Assembly: GCA_000002435.2 (NCBI GenBank)
Contig: CM018791.1
Reading direction: 5' to 3' (one strand)
Length of the DNA: 64,000 bases
Source of the DNA: Giardia intestinalis
Taxonomy: Eukaryota
The position numbers were made by a program, and so were the translations under genes. Shown piece after piece: positions 21,142 to 30,172 of this stretch; the first letter of the stretch is position 1; every line of letters begins with the position of its first letter. The notes under the pieces were generated by a model. The model made no database searches. It saw only the letters and a list, made by a program, of their open reading frames with translations, and had not been told where the DNA came from.

Positions 21142-23475
21142 ATGATCCATTTGAAAAGAAACCTTAAAATGAAAGGCCTGTCGATCTCCTCCTTTTCCCA
21201 AGCCGAGGTGGATTTCGGCACGCGCCTCTTCAAGTTCCTGGCCACCAATGGAGAGTATGTCACTGCAGACCAAATGGGAGCGTTTTTACGTCAATCTAAT
21301 CTGGGAAACCAACGACTTTCGCCTTTGTGGGAGAAGACGATAGGTGCTAGTCGCAAGAACTTCCAATTGGTTGACACACTTTATCTCTTAAGAATGCTAG
21401 CTATGGTACAGCAGGGAAAGGAGCTTGACGATGAGGTTCTCTCAGGTAATTCGTTTGAATGCCTCGCTGACCTGTCGTTCTTTCCTTTTGATAGCGGATT
21501 TGATGTCGACAGCATTGAGGATTCTCAACCCTCAACTCCAACGGGCAGCGTTTATCTGAAGAACCAAGGATCCAATGAGTCTCCTTTACGTGATGCCTCA
21601 CGCCTGCAAAATGTCCAGCAAGTGACTGATTTGAGCATTTCTCGGTGTATTAGTTTGAATAACGAGGCCACAGCTGACCCGGCGCCCACAGAAAGCATGG
21701 CTTCTATCATGCATGCTGGGGTGGATGATCTGGCCAGTCATGACCTCGCAGAGCATCCTGGGACAGCCTCCCACTTGTTTCTAACCGATAGTACTGTACC
21801 TCCTGCTTTGTCTCACGCTAGTGATAGACACAGCGATGCAAGGGAGTCAGTTGATGCACGTGCGCAGCAAGACGATACGGCTGAGAATTCCAAGCAACAC
21901 TTGCCGCATGCGAGCTCTCCTGTACCAGTTGTTGCGTCTTCCATGGTACCTACTGGAAACTCCAGTATCTTGTCGTCTTTCGTTGAAATTGCAAAACACT
22001 TTCAAGGAGCACTTCTTCAGACTCAGGAGATGGTAGATAGGGTTATTGATGCTAGTAATCCACTGGGAGGATTGATCGTAGTCCCGCCAGAGCAGATTGT
22101 TGTATTGAAGAAAAGACTTTCCGAAATGAGTAAGAAACTAATTGATCAACTTAATACATTGTCTGATCAGGGCTTCACCAGCTCGCTGAGTTCATGCTTG
22201 AAGGGCCTCGAGTCTTTATCTAACGCCCTTACAATGCTCATCTCCAAAGAGAAGCAAGTAATTAAGATGACTAATGAGATTATCTGCTATTTAGATGGCT
22301 CTGACAGTGAAGAGGGACCACAAGTTAATGATTCACAAGGAACTTGTGTCAGAGGCACTTCTACTGACGGCTCAGAAACAGATGAAAAGTGCACTCAGGA
22401 CTGCTCTGAAGTGGATAACGGGAACACTTATGAGAAGCTAAAGAGCAGCAAGGGTACTTTTTCTTCACATTCAGAGAACATTCTCTCCACCGCTGCCTCT
22501 ATTTTTCCCGCTGCAACTGCTGCCTCATCATCGGCGACTTATCAGGACGGTGAGAAGCTTCCTCCTGTGCACCCTCCCCTGCACCTCACTTCAGCCAAGA
22601 AGAAGAGTCTCATCAAGTTGGTCCAGGATACAAGAGAGGTGGTTGACAAAGCACGGAACGTCGAGGCCTCCTATGCACGTGCTCAGGAGGCTAACCGTAT
22701 GTACAAGAGCTTCTCAGAGTCATTAGAGACCCTGTTGCAGACAGAACTAGAGACAAATACTAACTTGGAGGAACAGCAGAAAAAGCTAGAGAAAAAGGCA
22801 AATGAGAAAACTCAATTGATAACTAAGCAACTGGAACAGTTGAAAAGCATTCTTTCTGAGCAAGCAATTATGTTTACAAGTATCTTAAGCGCCAAATTAT
22901 CGTCCCCGAACTTCATGGATCAATTAAACTTATTCACCATTGACCTAGCTGACAAGGCCGTTTCCGAAATGAGCAGGGTACTGGCTGAAGCGCCCAAGCT
23001 GGAATCTTTATCTGTTGAACTGAAAAATCTTGCACAGGCAAGATTTGTGAAGGAATCGGCACAAGGTCACACTATTCCATTAGAGATTCCTGAGACACCA
23101 GGGAGCGATTCTGGCCAACACCGTGGATCTCAGAGTTCCTACAACACGTTCTCTCATAAGGTAACAAGTACGAGAGCCGAACTTGTTGCCCAGCAGACCA
23201 TCAGATCCATTGTACGTGATGAATTGCGGTCTCTCAAGGGAGAGCTAATAGAGGAGATCAAGACGATGATTTGTGGGATAATTGGAGGGGAAGCAGGTGT
23301 CCGAGGTAACCCTGATGGCTCTATCCCTCAGGCAGATGCTGCTTTGGCTCCGGTTGAATCGGGGCGACTCCATCCAGGTAGTGGTAACAGCATTGCAAAT
23401 ACACCATCTTTGCCCGTGGCTGATCGGCTGAAGCCCTGGACTTATCATTTTGGCTCCAACATGCCATCTTCTTAG
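21142..23475 (+). CDS. Hypothetical protein with an EH-domain-like N-terminus and a long coiled-coil/low-complexity body.
   Basis: The first ATG is at 21142; the track's TTG is at 21109. FLRQSNLGNQRLSPLWEK ... LLRMLAMVQQGKEL resembles the EH-domain consensus (F..KSGLP...L..IW.L ... EF..AMHLI). This is weak and by eye only. Confidence 0.5.
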   Translation: MIHLKRNLKMKGLSISSFSQAEVDFGTRLFKFLATNGEYVTADQMGAFLRQSNLGNQRLSPLWEKTIGASRKNFQLVDTLYLLRMLAMVQQGKELDDEVLSGNSFECLADLSFFPFDSGFDVDSIEDSQPSTPTGSVYLKNQGSNESPLRDASRLQNVQQVTDLSISRCISLNNEATADPAPTESMASIMHAGVDDLASHDLAEHPGTASHLFLTDSTVPPALSHASDRHSDARESVDARAQQDDTAENSKQHLPHASSPVPVVASSMVPTGNSSILSSFVEIAKHFQGALLQTQEMVDRVIDASNPLGGLIVVPPEQIVVLKKRLSEMSKKLIDQLNTLSDQGFTSSLSSCLKGLESLSNALTMLISKEKQVIKMTNEIICYLDGSDSEEGPQVNDSQGTCVRGTSTDGSETDEKCTQDCSEVDNGNTYEKLKSSKGTFSSHSENILSTAASIFPAATAASSSATYQDGEKLPPVHPPLHLTSAKKKSLIKLVQDTREVVDKARNVEASYARAQEANRMYKSFSESLETLLQTELETNTNLEEQQKKLEKKANEKTQLITKQLEQLKSILSEQAIMFTSILSAKLSSPNFMDQLNLFTIDLADKAVSEMSRVLAEAPKLESLSVELKNLAQARFVKESAQGHTIPLEIPETPGSDSGQHRGSQSSYNTFSHKVTSTRAELVAQQTIRSIVRDELRSLKGELIEEIKTMICGIIGGEAGVRGNPDGSIPQADAALAPVESGRLHPGSGNSIANTPSLPVADRLKPWTYHFGSNMPSS

Positions 23476-23513
23476 CAGAAATGCACGGTAAAAAGCCTGA
23501 ACTGGAGTAAAAA

Positions 23514-24284
23514 ATGCCAGCCTTGACAAGGGAGGAGCTCGAGGCCAGAAAGCGTGCTAGGAACAGCCGCATCATGGAGAGCCGCGTGGACCGCATGGCC
23601 CTTGTCCAAGACACAACTGCCGACAGGGTCACCATGCCCGAAGAGTACTATCGGGAGCCGCAAAGTAGAGGGGGTGAGCAGTCTAGGAGTGGCCAACAAC
23701 AGGGGCCTGGAACACAGAGATCCACCGGGAATGAGTTCATGGACTCAATGCTGCACGGTAACATGAACTTTTCTGAACTCTTAAATTCATTGAGTCCTGA
23801 GGTGAGGCAAGCTCTGGAAAGCGGAAGCATGGTCCAGCTGCTGTCAAGCTTACGGAGTATGCTACCGAATGTGTCCAATAACTCAGAGGAAGCCAAGAAG
23901 CAGAAGAAGGCGAGTCTACTGGCAATGTATCTAAGCATTGCATTCTATGTGTTGGCTGCATTTTCCTCCCTTGTTAGGATGTGCGTTGCATACTATGCAA
24001 CTTCTAATACTGCGCGCTGGATCACAGAACACACTGTTGGACCCCTCTTCGCTTTCTTTCATACTGTCGAGAGCATAGAAGACTTTCCTCAAATAAAATT
24101 TAAATTGGGATTGCTCCAGCTCATTATGTTGTTCCTTATGGCGTACTATGGATTAGTGTACAAGGTAGCAGGAATGGGACTTATGTCCTTCTTAGGTCTT
24201 CTTTTCAAGGGTGTTCTCAGCATTACAGTGGTTCATATTCTCGTGTACACTATACTGTGGTGTATAGTTTACGTTGGTCACTAG
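23514..24284 (+). CDS. Small membrane protein with a soluble N-domain and 3-4 C-terminal TM helices.
   Basis: 256 aa. The C-terminal hydrophobic helices are LLAMYLSIAFYVLAAF, LQLIMLFLMAYYGLVY and LSITVVHILVYTILWCIVYV. The 3' end overlaps the convergent kelch gene. Confidence 0.45.
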   Translation: MPALTREELEARKRARNSRIMESRVDRMALVQDTTADRVTMPEEYYREPQSRGGEQSRSGQQQGPGTQRSTGNEFMDSMLHGNMNFSELLNSLSPEVRQALESGSMVQLLSSLRSMLPNVSNNSEEAKKQKKASLLAMYLSIAFYVLAAFSSLVRMCVAYYATSNTARWITEHTVGPLFAFFHTVESIEDFPQIKFKLGLLQLIMLFLMAYYGLVYKVAGMGLMSFLGLLFKGVLSITVVHILVYTILWCIVYVGH

Positions 24285-25277
24285 TTCTGGAGTCGCTGAT
24301 GATATATTACTGATACCTCCATAAATAGACTCATAATAGCGTAGAGGGATGGCCCACAGGTCGCATAGGTAGTTTCCTGCTTGATCTAATCCACCATATA
24401 CAAGTATATTGTCTCCAGCAATAACCCCAGCACAGTTGTAACGGTGAGGAACTTCCCAATACCCAGATCCAGGCACAGGGGAGGGGAGTCCGCAGTCAGA
24501 AGAGGACATCCAGACGTCGGCTTCCATGTTATAAAAGGTTATGTCTCTTGCCTGCCTATCGTCTTCTGTAAACCCAAGAATAAATATCAAATACTCCCTC
24601 CACAAGAAGGACATGTGACGGTAGCGTGGCTTTGGCATTGCTCTCTTTGTCCAGGTGCAGTGGTCTAGATGATACTCGTAGATAACTGCAGATGGTGTCC
24701 GCCCACCAGCCAATCCGCCAATAAACCATATGCTGTCGGAGTGGTACACCAAAGTAAAGTCTGTCAATCCGTCAGGTATTGTAGTATCCACCCTGTGGCA
24801 GTATCCCGTGCGTATGTCTATCACATATGCATCGTACAGGGACGTGTAGCTCTTATCCTTTCCTCCTGCAAGGAATACAAAGTCATCTCCGATGGAGCAA
24901 CAGGAGTGTAGTTGCCTCGGACAGATAATATGGTTCTGCAGGCGTACCCTGCTTGCACGCACAGTAGTCCCGGTCACCTGTAGATAGAAGAAGAACATGG
25001 AATCATTCAAGCATCCCAATCTGGGATTACTTCCGCCGTGCAAGAATAGTCCGCAGCGATTCAGGAGTGAGCACATGGCATAGTTCTGTCTTGGGTGAAC
25101 AATGTCCGGTGCCCGAATTGTGGCTAGCTCAGCCACATTCTTGCTTATCAGGTACATCTTTGAGCTGACTCCGTTGGGGCCCTGCCCCGTACCGATAACC
25201 ACAGGGCCCTCCGGAGTCGATGCTGCTTGCATGCATGCCCGCGGCTCTAAATCTGTCGCTAAACAGATCCCCAACAT
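24192..25277 (-). CDS. Kelch-repeat (beta-propeller) protein.
   Basis: Repeated kelch-like blades: CSIGDDFVFLAGG, SIWFIGGLAGG, NILVYGGLDQAGN, with W/Y spacing. Confidence 0.6.
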   Translation of the reverse strand: MLGICLATDLEPRACMQAASTPEGPVVIGTGQGPNGVSSKMYLISKNVAELATIRAPDIVHPRQNYAMCSLLNRCGLFLHGGSNPRLGCLNDSMFFFYLQVTGTTVRASRVRLQNHIICPRQLHSCCSIGDDFVFLAGGKDKSYTSLYDAYVIDIRTGYCHRVDTTIPDGLTDFTLVYHSDSIWFIGGLAGGRTPSAVIYEYHLDHCTWTKRAMPKPRYRHMSFLWREYLIFILGFTEDDRQARDITFYNMEADVWMSSSDCGLPSPVPGSGYWEVPHRYNCAGVIAGDNILVYGGLDQAGNYLCDLWAIPLRYYESIYGGISNISSATPELVTNVNYTPQYSVHENMNHCNAENTLEKKT

Positions 25278-25631
25278 CGTGTATCGTTCGTTCGTGTCAC
25301 AAGCACCAATTGGCGAAAAAAGTACTCAGGATAAACTTGTCAGTAAGTGATTTACAAACGTTGATGTCAGCTCTACTCCCGATGACTGTTGCAGAGCAAG
25401 CCTTCTGGGCCTAAAGTTTATCACTTCTATTAACGAATTTACTGGTCCTGTTGAAGGTAGAACCAACAAAATGCCCACTGTATACCGACTCAAAGTCTAT
25501 AAGAGTGTCAATGTGTTTATGCTCACGATAGTAAGCGTGCTACAGGTAGTTGGCAAAGTATGGGCGTATACCTTGCGAACCTGGTTAGTCAAATCTTTTC
25601 AATCATTGCAAATTCAACAGGGGCTTTTTAA

Positions 25632-26915
25632 ATGTCTGTCTTCTCAGGGTTTCCTGCTTCCCCACCAGATGCTATCCTGAATCTCACGGTACTCTACAAC
25701 GCCGATACCAACCCGAAAAAGGTGAACCTGGGGGTTGGCGCGTATCGTGACGAGAGCGGTAAACCATGGATTCTGCCGGCCGTGAAGGAGGCAGAGGCCA
25801 TTATATCTTCCGATCTTTCGAAGTATAATAAGGAGTATCCTCCAGTCGCCGGATTTCCTCTGTTTCTGGAGGCCGCCCAGTTCCTGATGTTCGGCAAGGA
25901 CAGCAAGGCAGCCCAGGAGGGTCGCATTGCTAGCTGCCAGTCTCTCTCTGGCACCGGCTCTCTCCACATCGGGTTTGAGTTCCTGCACCTCTGGATGCCA
26001 AAGGCAGAGTTTTACATGCCGAGCACAACGTGGCCCAACCACTACGGAATATACGATAAGGTGTTCAACAAATTGAAGGTGCCATACAAGGAGTATACGT
26101 ATCTTCGTAAAGACGGAGAGCTTGAGATAGACTTTTCCAACACGAAGAAGGACATCCAGTCGGCTCCAGAGAAAAGCATATTCCTGTTCCACGCCTGTGC
26201 CCACAACCCGTCTGGGATCGACTTCACTGAGGCTCAGTGGAAGGAGCTCCTTCCGATCATGAAGGAGAAGAAGCACATTGCCTTTTTCGATTCAGCATAC
26301 CAGGGCTTTGCTACGGGCTCCTTTGAGGCCGACGCCTTCGCTGTGCGCATGTTTGTCGATGCGGGGGTAGAGGTCCTTGTCGCCCAGAGCTTCTCCAAGA
26401 ACTTCGGGCTCTATGGAGAGCGTATCGGCTGCCTACATGTTGTCCATGCAGGAGTGGAGGGGTCCGTCGAGAAGAACAAGGCGCTTTCTGCTGCTATGGT
26501 GAGTGGAATGACTCTCCAGATCCGTAAGACGTGGTCCATGTCTGCGATCCACGGGGCCTATATCGTCCAAGTCATCGTTCACGACAAGCGCCTTCTGCAG
26601 ATGTTTTATGACAATGTCAAGGAGATGAGTGCTCGCATTCACCGAATGCGTAGTCTCCTGCATGCCTCCCTTGCGAAGCGCAAGACTCCAGGCCCCGGTT
26701 CCAAAGGGACCTGGGACCATATACTGACAGCCATCGGCATGTTCACTTTCACCGGGCTCACCCCAGAGCACGTTGATTATCTGAAGGAGAAGTGGAGTAT
26801 CTATCTTGTGAAGGCAGGGGGACGCATGAGTATGTGCGGGCTCACTGAGTCTAATTGTGACTATGTGGCTGAGGCGATTCACGACGCCGTCACGAAGCTC
26901 CCGTTCAAGAAATGA
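25632..26915 (+). CDS. AAT: Aspartate aminotransferase (PLP-dependent, class I).
   Basis: 427 aa. N-terminal LGVGAYRDESGKPWILPAV. The PLP-lysine signature is SQSFSKNFGLYGERIGCL. AGTGAAC follows the stop. Confidence 0.9.
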   Translation: MSVFSGFPASPPDAILNLTVLYNADTNPKKVNLGVGAYRDESGKPWILPAVKEAEAIISSDLSKYNKEYPPVAGFPLFLEAAQFLMFGKDSKAAQEGRIASCQSLSGTGSLHIGFEFLHLWMPKAEFYMPSTTWPNHYGIYDKVFNKLKVPYKEYTYLRKDGELEIDFSNTKKDIQSAPEKSIFLFHACAHNPSGIDFTEAQWKELLPIMKEKKHIAFFDSAYQGFATGSFEADAFAVRMFVDAGVEVLVAQSFSKNFGLYGERIGCLHVVHAGVEGSVEKNKALSAAMVSGMTLQIRKTWSMSAIHGAYIVQVIVHDKRLLQMFYDNVKEMSARIHRMRSLLHASLAKRKTPGPGSKGTWDHILTAIGMFTFTGLTPEHVDYLKEKWSIYLVKAGGRMSMCGLTESNCDYVAEAIHDAVTKLPFKK

Positions 26916-26933
26916 GCGTCTAGTAGTGAACGT

Positions 26934-28772
26934 TTAGTTCTGTGACTTCTTTTTCTTTTTATAGACAACAGGGATTCCGCAGATCTGGTCTAGGCGCGGC
27001 TGATTGCTCGAGCTGTTTGTGTTGCTTGCTGCTGCTCTTTGATACAGCTCTAGACTTGCTTGGACAGACGTCTTTGAATTTGTGCCTGTATCAACGGGGA
27101 AGCGCATGGCACCAGAATCAATGGGCTGTTGTTGTTGCTGTTGCTTTTGGTTAGCTATCTCAGGGATTAATTTCTGAGTGTCTGCTGGCGTGGGAGTACC
27201 GTAGAACAGCCCGAGATCCTGAACCTGAACGAGGTCATTGCTATGCTCAGCATCCTTCCCATCTGTGGAGGGAGGTGCCTCAACAACCTCTGCAGGATGC
27301 ACTTTTTTCTTCTTTGCAGGTTTATGCACAATGCCAAGTCGTTCATGGGTGCGCTGAAGAAGTTCTGCACGAGAAAGCGGTGTAGGCGTGGTGGTATCAA
27401 AAACGGTAGAAATGGATGAAGAGCTATTCTGTGCATCTTTTTTCCTATTGAGAAACCGATCTAGTGTTGCCTGTATCGCGGTCGGGGGTGTGTTGTCATA
27501 TACATTTGCTTGTTCCTGCCTATAGTCCGGACCTGGAAGCGCCATTGAAGCAACAAGTACTGGTGAGTGGCTTGGCTCGGGCTTAGATATTGTGCTAAGT
27601 TGCTCCTTGTTCCGTTCTATTAATTCTATTGCAGGATCGTAGATTGACTGCGTGGATCCTGATGCAGGATTCAAAACTAATTGAGGGTCTGTCAGAGCTG
27701 CTGCCTGGTCCGTGTCTGGCTCACGCATCAAGCTTTCCAGTCTAGCCGTTTCTAGTGAGTTCTTTATTGCAAGCTTGGTGTGCATTTCAAAAATAGCATC
27801 CTCAGCAATAGCAGAAGCACGATTATTGTAATTGTTAGAATAATTGTTAAAGCGCCTTCTACCATCCAGATCTCCATTTTTAAGTCGATTATTAAGGCTA
27901 AACTGGGCCAAGCCGATCAAGCTGGTAACATCTCTCCGTTTTGGCTTACGCTGTCTCGTAGGATTAGAGCTAGTATCCGGAGCGGCCCCACAGAACAGAC
28001 GCATCTGTGTGTCTTCAAGTTCTCTTTGTGTAAAGAGCTCTGGGTGTGTGCTGACCTGGTGTGCAAGAAGCTCGTCCTTAGTACCAAACGCCACCATGAC
28101 AGTTTTGCAGGCAGGAGCTGTACAGACATAGTGATCATTGTGGTGATGCTCGATGAGATCATTGGCTGTCCTCCAGTATGAGTCGCTCACGCCATGCTCA
28201 CGGCAGATTTCGCAGCGGTGATGCTCTGTGAGTAGGTGATCTTTATATGAGTCATTGTCGTACTGCGGTCTTTTGCATAGAGGACACAAGGGGTGATGGG
28301 TCATATGTTTCCGCAGAGCATCTCGATTGTATGTCAGCTGATCACTCATAAAACTTGGCTTATTAGCTATGCAAACACGACAGTACTCTACTTCATGTTC
28401 TTTCCGCACATGCTCCTGTAGCTCATGCTTGTTAGTAGGGTGGTGACTGCATATTGGGCAAGGTGGTAGGTCGAGGAGATTGACTTCACTTATAACGTCA
28501 GCGGCAACTACGGCATGGTACCGCGATATGTAACGAGCCTCGAAGGCTTTATAACGGTGATCGTGACGTAGCTGCTCTTGGATTGCATCTAAACTCAGCG
28601 ATCCCTTCTTGTAAATGATAGCGTTTTTAATGACGTCTGAGCACAGAAGGCAGGCTTTCCGCCCACAAAGTACGCGGTTACGCAGGAAGCAGCTGTAGCA
28701 AACAGTGTGCAAGCAATTTGTAGTTGCTGCGACGGTAAACTCCTCGTAGCAAATACCGCACTCTTCAGTCAT
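26934..28772 (-). CDS. ZNF598/Hel2-like RING E3 ubiquitin ligase (ribosome quality control).
   Basis: N-terminal RING CGICYEEF...CLHTVCYSCFLRNRVLCGRKACLLC is followed by serial C2H2-like units (HPLCPLCKRPQYDNDSYKDHLLTEHHRCEIC...). These are colinear with ZNF598 blocks (RVLCEQRYCAVC..., HPLCKFCDERYLDNDELLKHLRRDHYFCHFC). Confidence 0.7.
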   Translation of the reverse strand: MTEECGICYEEFTVAATTNCLHTVCYSCFLRNRVLCGRKACLLCSDVIKNAIIYKKGSLSLDAIQEQLRHDHRYKAFEARYISRYHAVVAADVISEVNLLDLPPCPICSHHPTNKHELQEHVRKEHEVEYCRVCIANKPSFMSDQLTYNRDALRKHMTHHPLCPLCKRPQYDNDSYKDHLLTEHHRCEICREHGVSDSYWRTANDLIEHHHNDHYVCTAPACKTVMVAFGTKDELLAHQVSTHPELFTQRELEDTQMRLFCGAAPDTSSNPTRQRKPKRRDVTSLIGLAQFSLNNRLKNGDLDGRRRFNNYSNNYNNRASAIAEDAIFEMHTKLAIKNSLETARLESLMREPDTDQAAALTDPQLVLNPASGSTQSIYDPAIELIERNKEQLSTISKPEPSHSPVLVASMALPGPDYRQEQANVYDNTPPTAIQATLDRFLNRKKDAQNSSSSISTVFDTTTPTPLSRAELLQRTHERLGIVHKPAKKKKVHPAEVVEAPPSTDGKDAEHSNDLVQVQDLGLFYGTPTPADTQKLIPEIANQKQQQQQQPIDSGAMRFPVDTGTNSKTSVQASLELYQRAAASNTNSSSNQPRLDQICGIPVVYKKKKKSQN

Positions 28773-28897
28773 TTTAACAAAAAGTCAGTCCAAGCATTAC
28801 ACTGGACAGGTGGCATGAAAATTGTAATAGGAAAATCTCGCGCGTGTTCCTTGGATAAGCTTGAATCTCAAAGGCCGGTTGCACAAAAATAAAGGCG

Positions 28898-29311
28898 ATG
28901 ACTGCCGGGCTACAGAGCACGATCCTTCGACTCTTAGTGTTTACTCCTCCGCAAGACTTGGACAAGCAAGCAACGCTCATATTCGACAAATCTCTTTCTG
29001 GTGAACCTTTAAAAGGTAGACCGGAAGCCATCCTAGCCATGGTTCAGGCTATGGCCCGGTGCTCCGAAAGCACTGAGACAGGTGATGAGAATGACTTTCG
29101 TGTTGTGATTCTTGGAGCCGGATCGTCTCCACAGACCTCTATGCTCTACAAGCGGACGGCCTCTATCATTGCTATCGCCGTCCTTACATACCCTCTCCAG
29201 CTAAGGCGCTACATCGAACTCTTCCTGAACAGCCTCGCTGTAGAACCCGTTGCTAACATAACAGACGAACGCGTCGACGAGCTGCTCAAAGACTCTTTTC
29301 CGCAACGGTAA
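28898..29311 (+). CDS. Small protein (137 aa) with a possible roadblock/LC7-like fold.
   Basis: It is the only sizeable ORF in a 590-bp gap. ILRLLVFTPP...ATLIFDKSLSGEPLKG ... ILAMVQAMAR...NDFRVVILGAG...TASIIAIAVL loosely parallels DYNLRB/LAMTOR2 (GIIVVNTEGIPIKS ... NDLTFLRIRSKKNEIMVA...). This is tentative. Confidence 0.35.
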   Translation: MTAGLQSTILRLLVFTPPQDLDKQATLIFDKSLSGEPLKGRPEAILAMVQAMARCSESTETGDENDFRVVILGAGSSPQTSMLYKRTASIIAIAVLTYPLQLRRYIELFLNSLAVEPVANITDERVDELLKDSFPQR

Positions 29312-29361
29312 CACCGAGTCACTAGACGTGCAGCAAGGCACAAAATAGTTTACCCCCGATA

Positions 29362-30156
29362 TTAATAGTAAACCCCTGTAGGTGCACTTCCGGAATAGCT
29401 CCCGGACTCGCGGATGCAGTGCTTCAGTTCGCTTGTCCCGTCCAGGCGGAGAATCACCAGGTCTACTCCGCTTCCAGAGCCAAGGTCGTTGAAAACACCG
29501 GCTTCAACAGCTTTGCAGGCGCACTCTACGGCGTCATTCTCCTCCATGTCCGGCTTCCAGTGCTTTTCGAGCATGGACTGGGCTGCGAGGCGGCCAGACC
29601 CATCGGTCACGAAGGGCTGAGCAGTGATGGAGCCGTGGGCGTCGATGCTACATAGATGAGCCCCTTTATAATCAACTCCAGCGATAATCACGTATGCAGA
29701 GACGTAACCCATGTAGCGAAATAGATGATCCGAGATAAGCTTCACAGCGGATTGCACTAGGGGTTTCCTACCGGTCTTGTATGCATGGAGCCTAAGACTT
29801 GATGCGGCCATCCGCCCAACCGCAGCCGTGTCTGCAGCTGTGCCGGCACCAGCCATGTACATCTGTTCATTTATGCACACCAACTTCTTCTTGTTTTTAT
29901 TCATGACCACAGGTCCGCCTGTTGAACGAGTATCTGCGGCGAGGATGACACCACCTTTGAAGGTGAGGCCCATGATGGTCGTGCCCGTTTTTTTGAAGCT
30001 CTTTGAACACTCTGCAAGGAAGTCCTGAGGAAGCTGCGCGTTGCGCTTACAATTCTCAAACGACAGCGGGGCTACCTTTGTCAAATCGTCGATTGTCTGC
30101 AGCATTGGGCCTTTTACTTTTGACAAAAACTGCAATTTCATGCAAAATTGTGACAT
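29362..30156 (-). CDS. PSMB7: Proteasome subunit beta type-7 (beta2, trypsin-like catalytic subunit).
   Basis: FENCKRNAQL ... KKTGTTIMGLTFKGGVILAADTR (Thr1 active site) ... FRYMGYVSAYVIIAGVDYKGAHLCSIDAHGS ... WKPDMEENDA ... AGVFNDLGSGSGVDLVIL closely tracks PSMB7. The start was chosen as the internal ATG at 30156, because the longer reading overlaps the upstream gene. Confidence 0.85.
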   Translation of the reverse strand: MSQFCMKLQFLSKVKGPMLQTIDDLTKVAPLSFENCKRNAQLPQDFLAECSKSFKKTGTTIMGLTFKGGVILAADTRSTGGPVVMNKNKKKLVCINEQMYMAGAGTAADTAAVGRMAASSLRLHAYKTGRKPLVQSAVKLISDHLFRYMGYVSAYVIIAGVDYKGAHLCSIDAHGSITAQPFVTDGSGRLAAQSMLEKHWKPDMEENDAVECACKAVEAGVFNDLGSGSGVDLVILRLDGTSELKHCIRESGSYSGSAPTGVYY

Positions 30157-30172
30157 ATCGATTAAATAGGCG

